NCBI GenBank assembly: GCA_052426225.1
Contig: JBNJNM010000011.1
Span: 992,001 to 1,056,000, forward strand
Length of the DNA stretch: 64,000 nt
DNA from: Zancudomyces culisetae HAW-14-8
Taxonomy: Eukaryota; Fungi; Kickxellomycota
Direction: 5' to 3'
Made by a program: the position numbers and the translations under genes. Within the stretch, counting starts at the first letter, position 1, and every line of letters starts with the position of its first letter. The notes beneath the pieces were generated by a model that was not told where the DNA came from, ran no database searches, and saw only the letters and a list, made by a program, of their open reading frames with translations. Below, piece after piece: positions 53,250 through 64,000 of this stretch.

Positions 53250-54772
53250 CCATGTGCAGATAATGTCCCGTTTCTAATGTCTTTTCACCTTCAGATTGAT
53301 ATACTTTACTATGTTTTTTTCTATAAAAAAAAAAAAGAACGAAAAGAGACAGAAAAAAATGGTGTGGAACAGGGAAAAAAAGTTATATATCAATTTGTCC
53401 CAGTTGAAAGAACCTGTTTATATGGACTTTGGACTTGTTTATTCGTTTTGAAATTGGTAGAGATAAATACAACCTTGGTTGCCAATGGCAAATATACCCC
53501 TGCTCTAACTATTTTTGAGTTACGTAACAATCAACGTAATTCAAATCAATAGAATTCATGTTTCCTATTAATAAATTTTATTTGTAATATCAGTTGGCCA
53601 ATTTGCTTATTCGTACTATTATGAGTAAACGGTACTTAATAAGCATATCCATATAGAAATAAAAATACAAAACGATCCGGGACTTAGCAGTTAACTATCA
53701 AAAACTCCAGAGATGCTCATCAGGAGGGCTAAGAAACTCGTTTAATTAAAATCTTCAAACAATTAGTTGGCTTAAAAGGGTGCAAGAAAATCATCTCAAA
53801 AGACCATCAATTAAGAAGCGCCTTAAAGTTTGCAAAGCACAATGAGATTAATTAAATTAATCTAAATTTGGCTTTTTAAGGCTTAGTCATGTCTGAACAA
53901 TGAAAATCTTGTGAACAATCATATCTGTTTGGTTGACCTTTTTTGAGGACAACTAAAACATCTTATAGATTAAACTGCTTCGTATTCAGAACTCTGTAAG
54001 TCCATCAATCATCAATCATAAATTTAATTTCCTGTCAATCTACTTTATGAACATATGTTATAGCTCATTTTAATAGATATACAGATTTAAAAAAAGCGCT
54101 ATAGCAGACTTCTGCAGAACCTCATTTTTTTGATCGAAAAGCCCTGAACTTTTTTCGCTTTTTGCCAACTTTTTATAAATAAATAAAAAATAAAATAAAA
54201 CTATGCACATTATCACTAGAACTAAAAACCCTGTTTGCTAAGATAAAACTATTTCCCACCAAATCCTATTGTTAGTCTAAATGGTGCCACCTTATATTTT
54301 TTTCGTCACTATTTTGTATCACATGAAAAACCAAATCCTGTGATATTTAGCAAAACGGTTGCAACTATACAATAATCTTAGAAATTCCCATTGCCTGCTT
54401 CCTAAAAAAGGCAATGCTTGCTTAACAGTCGTGCTTTGTTATTTTAATAATATGTGGTGTGATTTGATGTGATCAGGTGTATTCATGTTCATCATATCTA
54501 CATGTGTTCCCCCCCTTTTTTGATAAGGTTAATCCTGGTAGTGGTGCATCTTCATTAAATAGAATCCTGTTGCTACAATTAGCAAGCAACCAAATGTGGA
54601 GTGATTCACAAATAATAAGTAACGACATAAACATAAAATACTTTTAGCAAAAAAAAAACGTACTGATAAACAAAGCGGGAAATTAAAGTGAAAAACAATA
54701 GTGGAGGCGGGAAAAAAAATAAAATCTATTAACCAACTTCCGGGGTGGTGATAAAAACACACATCACTATGA

Positions 54773-56932
54773 CTAGTGAGTGTGGTGATCTTCAGAATCA
54801 GAAGCAAGAAAATCACAGCATTCGGAAGCTGCACAAGCACCATCTTGACATCTTAATAAGCACGCCTGAGCTGAAGTATCAATATTTTGAAGAACACTCT
54901 TAATTGAAGCGCCACCTATGGTTGATTTTGCCGAAATCTTCCTCGAATCACCACGTTTTTGATTATTGAGATCTAAAATAAGTGAATCGTATTGATATTA
55001 GTGAGAAATATAAAACAAATTCAAGAGTGTATGAAGTCGTTAATATGTAAACAAGAAATTACCTAAATACCCTGCATTTTCAGAAGCCGAACTGATATCA
55101 TCCCCAAAAAACTCTGCAAATAAAAATTCAGGCTGGATGGTAGTCGAGTGGACGCCGTACCTATGCAGAATGTCGTTTGCCTGTTTGGCTACAGTCATAT
55201 ATATCTTGCTAATATCGGTCGATGATTTTGAGTTGGCATTTGCTTTTAATTTGCTGAGCTTGGGCCTCTGAATGTGCAAGTGCACGGATGCTACAGTCTT
55301 TGTATCAGATAGCTGCCATACGTGTAATTCATGAACGTTTGATACTCCCTCGATCTAATACGTATAGCAATAAAAATTTGTTTAGTCTAGTAAAGTGACC
55401 CCGCTGACTCCCACAAAAAAAAAAGAAAAAAAAGCTTACATTGCGGAGCTCTTGATGGAGCCGTTTGACGTTTATGGCTGGGGGAACACCTTGCATTAAA
55501 ATAAATGAAGTACTTCTCACTATGCGCAGTATGTTTTTGGTATCAATTGCCAAAATTTCAAACAACAAAAACAACAATACGTGCTCTACATATTAATTAC
55601 AATAACAACAAAAAAGAGGTGTTTTAGCAACATAAATCACGATACTTACCTAGAGGAATGGTTAGTAATACAATTATGGTATTGATAATTAGCGAAACAA
55701 TCGGATCCATATAATATTTCCAGCTATAGTCAGTAAGCCAGATAAATAGTGCTGAACATATGACTGCAATGTTAGCCAGACAATCCCCAAACACATGCAG
55801 CCAAACACCATACATATTTAAGTGTCCTGATTCACCTCCGACTTTGGATTTCTGATCCCGATGTAGCGATTTTGTATCAGAGGCCAGAGGTGGGTGGTCT
55901 TCAAACTTATTTAATTCATTGAGATCGTAGGCTCCGCTGGAGTATTTTTTCAGCATCTCCGCGGATTCTAAAATGGCGACTTGTGTTACTGGCGGATAAT
56001 CTGTCTGTGGTCTCAACTCATCTTCTCTTGATAAATCGTTTTCAAATGTATAAACTTGGTTGCCTAAATATAGCCCGTTGAATAGTGTAAGACAACATCT
56101 CATATAAAATAAATTGAGCTAGTGGATTGAGTAGAAACATATTGATTACCTGAATTGGACGTTGATGCATTTATATTATAGCCAGGTTGGCCTGGGGCAC
56201 CAAGTAGCAACCTCTGGGTGTCTGCTATATGTGATTAAGCGGTTATAGTGTTGAATTATGTGTGATATATTCAGTAGTTTTCAATGCAAAGTGCATACGT
56301 ACCGTTTTTTTGTCCCTTCATACCAAGACTGCTCGCTCTACCATCGGTTAATGCCTGTTCGAGATCTTCATGGATGTGTTCATGTGCATGATCGTGGTGT
56401 GAATGGCCATGCGAGTGGCCATGCGAATCTGTATTATAGTTTATTCATTCGTTTTTTTTATAAAAAGAGTGAAATAAAGATAAAATAAATCAACTTTATG
56501 TCTTTGAATAATGTCAAAAAAGAGCTTCTTACCTCCAAACAAAAGCATTCCGAATATATTAAATGTTAATCCTATTGCTCCAACAATTAGTACCAATTTG
56601 GGATTCTTGATTTCAACGATTTCAAAAAACCTCTGTATTGATTCAATGTAGATAGTTAGACTTAGCCCAAGCAGCAGTATTGCATTCATCAAAGCTCCCA
56701 AAATCTCCGAACGTTGCCAGCCATATGTATTTTTTGGGTGTTGTCCTTTCTTCGCCGACAATTCTATAGCGTAAAACGCAATAACAAGGGACATAACATC
56801 GTTAAGCATGTGGAATGAATCCGCCACCAGTGCAATCGAACCGGAGATTAGTCCAATTACCAACTCCAAAAAGAAGAGAATTACGCTAAATGTTAGCATA
56901 ATTAAGACCCTAGCTTTTCTTGATAACTCCAT
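54773..56932 (-). CDS. ZRC1: Cation diffusion facilitator (vacuolar Zn/Co transporter, Zrc1/Cot1/ZnT1-like); exons 56932-56533, 56428-56303, 56224-56150, 56063-55650, 55519-55440, 55354-55063, 54972-54773
   Basis: SIALVADSFHMLND, TYGWQRSEILGAL, His-rich loop HGHSHGHSHHDHAHEH, LNMYGVWLHVFGD, VHELHVWQL, HSTTIQPEF; Cys-rich tail CLLRCQDGACAASECC. Confidence 0.92.
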
Positions 56933-57955
56933 ATCTGCAATTTTCTTTTGTTCTTTATCCTTGTGTTCTTGGCGTTATATTAAATCAGTATTGATAATGT
57001 TAAGGTATTTTTAACTAATATACATAACCCAAAATTGCTTCACTCTGAACAACAAAAAAGTAGCTTAAACAATTTAAAAGGGAAGCTATGAACACGCAAA
57101 GCAGATATTCGGTTGGTCACCGACCCAACAATTTTTCCTGTAGGTTAGTGAAACCTATTTAGCACCATTGGCCTTTCATTCTTTACCATTCCAAGTTATC
57201 ATAACTTTGGGCGAATTGAGTCTGGTGTTTGTGTCGCTTTTATATTTTTATTCTTTGGATAGTAATTTAATAGGCAAAGCTTTGTCCAATAACAATATCC
57301 ATAACTCATATGATTGCTCAATAAAATTAAATGCTATTTCTACCTCCATATATAAGGGGTTTTGACCGGAAGCATCCAAAACAACCGGGTACTACAGAAG
57401 CGGGTGTAGAACAGGTCATTTTGGTAAAGGGAAGGACAGACGAGGCACACAAACTAGCCAGAATCCTCATTTTAATCAGCTACACCAATAACACCTGCGG
57501 ATGCGCGGTAAGGAAAATTGGTTGAAAATAGTTGTAGTACACAACCATTACATGCTAATTCGGTGTTATATGAATAATAGTGATTTAGAAGTACTATCGA
57601 CCAAAGTGCGATGTAGATATTGAGACATTGGTTTTTGTTTTTACTATATGTATACCTATGCAGGCTCAAAGTGAAAGGCAGCTTTATAATTTTAGAGTTT
57701 TACAGTACTACTTTTTTAAGGCTCGCTTCTATAACTGGTGTAACACAGTTCCCAAAAAGTCAAACCACCATGTTGGAAATCCAAGAAAACTGACTCGTCA
57801 CACTTAACCAGGTTATGCTAAAAATAGATATTACTCTTAAGCAATACGGCTATTGGGATTTAAACCACTTTGGTAATGGGAAAGGAAAAAAAAGTATTTT
57901 AATACCTTTATTATGAAAAATTTACAAATGCTAACTTAGATGACTAATAATGAAA

Positions 57956-59155
57956 CTAAACCTCTGTCTTGATTGTGTTGAACCGGCAATTTTCCAGGAC
58001 AAATAGATACTCGCCATACAGGTTATCACAAAAAGAGGCGGTTTTCAAGTCACTTAGATCTCTTCCAAACGGCTCCTCAATGTCCTCTGCTATCGCTATT
58101 GTTCCCAATAGCATAAATGAAATAATGAATTGTAGCCCAACTAGAATGCCAACGTTTTTGACGGCTATTGACCATGGTAAAATTAGCAAATACATCCAAG
58201 TTGACTGTATAAGATGAGAACTGTATGCACGAGGAAGTGGTGTGGTTTGTATTCTTATACATCCTTTAAATGCGCTTATAAGCATGCTTATCTGTGTCTG
58301 AAGTGCGTTTGCTGAAACTGGTCTAAGTCTAGATTCATCGAGTCCATTAATATAGGTGCCCAAGATATATACCAAACGAAGGGCTAAATTGATATCACCA
58401 GTAGAGAATGTCCTTTTTGAAGTGTTCATACTTTTGGTCCTTTTGATCCTTTCACTGGTTTTCAAACTATCTGGTATGTCGATATCGATAACTACGTGTT
58501 CGTCGATTGCATTTTTTAAAACCACAACACGTTTCAGTTCTTTAGGAAGAAGTTTATATAAATGGGGCGTGACTGTTTCCTTAGTAGTAAGCAAATATTC
58601 CTGGATAGCATATGCCACTGCTACACAATTTTTTAATGCTTGGATCTTTTCACGTTCTTCCTCAATATCGTGGGTATCCACCATAACTAAAATGTTTCTT
58701 AATAGATTTGATACAGTTTCTTCAATTGTAGCCCATAACCTTCTACCATCATAGTACCTATCATAGGCGGTGTTTGTTCGAAAAACTAGAAGCATACCCA
58801 TAACAACTGATACATATGTCACTAAGTAAGTACAATATATAAACCACATTAAACATCTAGATTCTTTTTACTTATAATAAGGGATTATGTACTATTTTCA
58901 TTATCGGTTATTTGATATATGAAACACCGCTGAACGGAAAACTATTCTTAAAGTGTGCTTACTTATTGTTGAAGGAATTGGTGTGATATTGTTACTCCTG
59001 GAAATGAAAAAGACCCCGATAGCATAAGCAATACTAATAATCAGCGAAATAATCATTTTACTTAGAGCACTAATGTACTTTCTGGAGGTTATTCTAAGCA
59101 AAAAGAAACTGCGAGCCTGGCCCCGGCCCCATTTCACAGCTGCCTCCGTCTTCAT
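57956..59155 (-). CDS. Bestrophin-like (UPF0187/RFP-TM) anion channel, copy B; exons 59155-58963, 58821-57956
   Basis: LLVFRTNTAYDRYYDGRRLW, RIQTTPLPRAY and EDIEEPFGRDLSDL; phase-1 intron at the same position as in copy A. Confidence 0.88.
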
Positions 59156-61177
59156 ATTTGTTTACTTTCTCGGTTGTTGAGGTATTTATGCAATGAAGCT
59201 CGTCTTACAGAAATGCGTATGGCTATGGCCGAGTTTCTGTATGTGGTGTTTAAATATGCTGTAAATGCTTAACGAAAAAATATTTAAAAATAATAAAAAA
59301 AGATTTTTATAATGGTGTCCTTATTCTTAGCTTTTATATCACGGGATGAACTCGGGCTCAGGATTTGCAATCAGGTTTTGATACCCGATTTATGATTGAT
59401 TCTCTGTTTTTCCATTACTGCTTGATTCCGTGTAAAAAAAAAATTCTATCCGTTAATAGGTGTACAAAAATAGGTACTTTTTGACCAAATCGCAAAGCTG
59501 CTGTTGAAGAGCTAATTAATCATGATTAGCATTCGCATTGTGAATTTGTAATTATAAAAATAAAAACAGCAAATCAGTATTACTAATTAGCCAATATGCT
59601 ACTTGAAGTTTGGCTAATAAAATTTTTTGGGTAAATTACATAATATTTCCAACACAACACACAGGTTTGGAGCAACAGTGGAAAAACAGGCAAGTGAAAA
59701 ATAGATAGATGGATATGATAGCATAAAGTGGGACAAAAAATATGAGGGGAAAAACGAGCGTAATACAAACAGCAAAGGATGGCCAACCATATTTAAACTA
59801 CGGAGTTCATCAATTATTTCACAACCCATTCCTGCCATGGCCGGTTGAACTAACTCGAGTTATGGTTGGGTTTTCTGAGAGGTTGGAAATACATTCACAA
59901 CTGTTTTAAAGTACATTTTCAGCGAGCCATGCCCTAGTTTAATATGTTGCATTGCAATAAGTAAGTTGTGGTAGGGATAGTCTTGAGAACTACAACACCG
60001 AACCTGCAAATTACACACATACATATAAGCATATGAAATAAAATAAAGAGGATTGGATCGTGGAACGTTATTTCTGTCGTTTACGCTGATTTCCCCCTTC
60101 TTGATTTGTGATAGTGACATGTTTATTCTCAAAACAGTCTTTTATAGCTACTCTAGATGCATTACCCATGTGTTGTAGAAACATATGCTATGCTTGTATA
60201 CGCCAAAGGCTTGGTTTGGTATAAAAATTGTCAAAGCGCTTTTGTTCCACAATACGAGGGCGGCGGGACAATAATGGCTTAAATGGGATATCATGTTTTC
60301 ATACACCCAGACAACGTCTCGGAGGTTTCCAGAGCTGTGACCCGATGTCCATTGTATAAACATTCCAGGCCTAAAACAAGAATTGGCCTAGCTAATGTGA
60401 TGAGCTACCCAGCTCATCTGCTAGTCAAATAAGAGGGAAAACCAAAAGTATTTACCAGTGGGGAGGTCTGCAGACCCAAATTTGAAAAATAAAGCTGAAT
60501 CCTAGCGGTGGTAACACCAGTATACAATCCTGCAATTGTGGGACTAATCAATTTTTTTACGAGCGTGTCCGTATTGTCGACTCGGTGTTTTCCTTTTTTT
60601 GGTTATGAATAAATACATGTACTAAATGAATGTGCTTCCCAGAGAGTGATAAAAACGGCTTGAATAAAATAATGTAAATTTGCAATATTTTCGAGCTTTC
60701 TTCGAGATGTTGGGCCGGGGAATATCCTTTGGGAATCTTTTATTTCCAATGACTTAGTAATTTTTTCCCCCCCAAACAATCAGAAAATAAAATGAACTAA
60801 CCTGTTAACTAGAAAACAGTGTATTTTTGAAAAAATCAAATTAACCCTTCTTTGCTTTCTCGCCATGATATTTCACGAATAGGGCTTCATAAGGTGTAAT
60901 TATAGTTCAATACACTGTCCACATCATAACCTTTATTAAAAATCGCCACCTCTTTACAAGTGCCGTAGATATTCAGATAACACATCATCACTAGGTTTAA
61001 TGAGATTATTATCTTGAGGAGAGCGAGACAAGTTCATGTATCATTGTGGTTGTTGATTTTATTTTTAGTAAAATATTGGGTTATCAAGTTAGGAGAGTAT
61101 ATATACAGAAAAAATCGAGAAAAAAACTAAAAAACTAAAGAGAGTTAGAAAAAATAGAATGATCAACATCAAGTTCA

Positions 61178-63292
61178 TTATGGATCAACCAGTAGCAAAC
61201 GGAATCTATTGAGTGCCATAGCAAGCTCAAACCGACGCACTTTCGAGACGAAACCATCAGGTTCCATGGTGCCGCCCAAAATATCCAACCCTGATTGTTC
61301 AATTCTTGCGAATAATTCATCAATAAAGCTGTTAATATCAACAAAAGTACGTTTTTGTGACAAAAGTATGATAGAGTAGATTAAAAACTTGGTTTGACTG
61401 CTGGAAACTAAACAGTCCAGCGAAGACAACTCCAAGATATTATTAAGGTCGTTTTCATCCATATTGGCAGAGCTATGTGGCCCTCTTATAAAAATCCTGT
61501 CTTTGCTCTTGGAGTTTACGGATTTGCGGTTAAAGGAGACAGAATCGTCCAACATAATTTTTCTAACCCTATTGGTAATTCTATAACTAGTCTGTTCATT
61601 ATGCAATCCAAGACTTTTGTGCTGGTTGCAAATTTTCTTTGCAACATCCGTCTTATCCGAAACCCAAAAACCTTTTTCCATACAAAGAACCAAGTCTGCT
61701 ATATCTAGGTAATCGCCACAGCCACCTATAACCAAAATTATTGAGTCAAGAACCTTAAGATCAATAAGAGATCGGGCAAGGTGAAGAAATGGTGTTATCG
61801 GTTCATCATCCTTTGATATCAATAGTTGCATACGGTAGTCTCGAATCATAAAGTTTGTAGCACAGTTGTCTTCGTCCATGAGCAGAACTTTGGCGCCTAC
61901 TTCTACCATTTCTTGGATGGATGCCGCCATGGATGTAGACCCAGAAGCATCAAGCGTTGAAAAGTCGGATGTTTTATTTGTCTCACTTATGTCTTTGATA
62001 AATGTGTTGATGTTGACGTTTTTAACAAACCTCCCTTCTTCAGATTTTACGGCAATTGTTTCATGAACTACACAAACAAATTCCCTGCCATCTCCCGGAA
62101 TGTAGTTGTAACATCCTAGCTTTAGCGCCTGCAACAGTGTAGATTTACCATGATACCCGCCACCGCTGATCAACGTTATTTGCCCTTTTTTTATTCCCAT
62201 CCCAACAACAGGATCTTTGCTGTTAATAAGGGGTATTTTAACTTCAAGGCTTGGTGGAGACCTGAACCCCACAGCCTTACCCTTTTCCATAGGCAAGTTG
62301 GAGTTTCCTGAGGCACGGGGCAGAATAGCGCCATTTCTAATAAACCCTACCAAACCATACTTGTCTAGCTGGCTCCTACAGTATTCTTGATCTTCAATAC
62401 TTTCAACAAACTGTAATACCGTGTCATAATCTAAACTACTATTTAGTATAGATGCTGTGACTAGTTGAGGCAACACACTTGTAAACACTTTGGCAGCTAG
62501 CTTTCCATTAACTCTTCTCCCAATCCCAGGCAGCTTGATCTTCATCCTTACTTCCATTGTCTTTTCATCTCTTATAAACACGCTACTATTCTCAATTACT
62601 TCTTGCCCTGGAACGTAGATGTTTATATCGCCTCCTTTGGGTGCAAAAAAGCTGTTACTATTACCCTGCATAGGTTCAGACAAGATAGTTTTTGCGGTAT
62701 TTCGAACAATGTAGTCTTGAAAAGCTGTTTTTCTAATCTTGTTCTTGTAGAATTGTTTAGGGTACTTTTGAAATTCATACTCTTTGATTATTACCCTGAA
62801 TTTACTACTGGGCGCAAATGGATCGCTCTGGATGTGATCAAAAAGTACACTGAATCCACCATTTTCATATAGATATTCCTTGCCTGTAATATATATTACA
62901 TGTATTTAAAACTTAATGAGTGGAACCTTGATTCAAGAAAAGAAAAAAAACTCTAAATCGAAACTTTGATCTTATCTTGTTTATCATTTATTTTTGTTAT
63001 ATCTATCAATTAAATTTAGAGTTGTATAGATTACAGCAGTATTACCTTGCAAATTTTTATACATTCCATAGCTATTATTGTCTATATTGTAGAGAAAAGC
63101 TCGCAATTCCTCGCTATTCGAGATTCCATGGTTAGCTCGAGAATCAAATCGCGTTTTTTTATTAAATTCCTCCGCATCAAAGTGGTGTGGGTGAGTCGAT
63201 CTATTTTGATTACTTTCGTCTCTAAATCTACCAGGATGATTTTTATGTGAAAATGGATTTTTCTTGTATTGCGGTCTTCTTGGGTAGTCCAT
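61178..63292 (-). CDS. Soluble 'predicted ATPase of the ABC class' (PF09818 / MRB1590-like); exons 63292-63046, 62883-61178
   Basis: DHIQSDPFAPS, FIRNGAILPRASG, Walker A GGGYHGKSTLL, YNYIPGDGRE, FSTLDASGSTSMAA, Walker B LLMDED, ATNFMIRD, EPITPF and RRFELAMALNR. Confidence 0.88.
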
Positions 63293-64000
63293 TTCTTGAT
63301 TAATGACTCTTTTTTTTATAGAATTAGGCGGTTATTCGTGAGCTTGTTTGGGCTAGCTTTGTTCTATTTTTTATTTTTGAGAATAATGTTATGAGAATCT
63401 GCAAATTAGTTTACTTTTTTGTTTATAATACCAAAAACAAAAATGTAAAAAAAACAAACATAATGGCCAAATTATTCAACTAAAAAAATTACCGAGTATT
63501 AAAATCCATGCCATATAAATTACCTTTTGCAAAGTTGTTAAAACAAAATATCATCAGGCTAAAAAACACATAGTACCATTAGACATAAAACAAACACAGA
63601 AGAAGGCATCATATAGACTTAATTCTCTTCAGAGAGAGTACATGTGGGAAAAAGGTGAAGGGAGCGAGGGAGTGGAGCGGCTAGCTACTCCTAATCCTTG
63701 AATTTTTGCAATACAATGAGCTGATCAATTTATTTAAAAATGCGATATAACATATCCCTCTTGATCAAGCCATTGTACGGCCAAAGTAGTGAAACATTTT
63801 ATACTTACATCTTTCACACTCGATGATTTCAAAGTTAACTTTATACATGGAAAAGTAGCCTTTTTGCTCTTAACTGTACTCACCATTCTTTGTAAAATAC
63901 GAGGTATTCTTAGCAAAGGTATTCGGGGCAAATTGACACCTCTCTCCTTTCAAAAGTAAAAACTGCGCTGCTTAGCAGTCCAAAGGCTCGTGAGTACATT

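Noticed and set aside
63600-64000. Possible exon fragments at the window end
   Set aside because: Splice-like signals occur on both strands, but no consistent frame can be built without the downstream sequence.

Overview
This is eukaryotic, AT-rich, intron-containing nuclear DNA from a fungus. The gene repertoire and intron style suggest an early-diverging lineage, possibly Harpellales/Kickxellomycotina; that assignment is inference only. Splicing by hand gave about 19 protein-coding genes. Housekeeping genes are SRP54 (partial), mitochondrial LeuRS, P5B-ATPase YPK9, MRPL31 (largely missed by the ORF track), UPF2, eIF3f, TCD1/2, ERG11/CYP51, VPS4, RIO1 and a ZRC1/COT1-type zinc transporter. 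There are also two bestrophin-like paralogues, two PQ-loop paralogues, a PF09818-type 'ABC-ATPase', a probable divergent PEX26 and three orphan ORFs. The best candidate for new biology is an intronless ORF at 7198-8847. It carries an apparently intact PD-(D/E)xK nuclease-like motif set of the fungal Crinkler/CR-REase type and is preceded by a 9-bp tandem array encoding nine Cys at every third residue. Other points of interest are a 23-bp tail-to-tail CDS overlap (UPF2/PEX26-like), two paralogue pairs arranged as concentric inverted copies, a LIM-less paxillin-like orphan, and a natural substitution at an azole-resistance site in CYP51. No tRNA, rRNA, snRNA, CRISPR array or intact transposon was recognised. 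All homology calls come from motif recognition; no searches were run.
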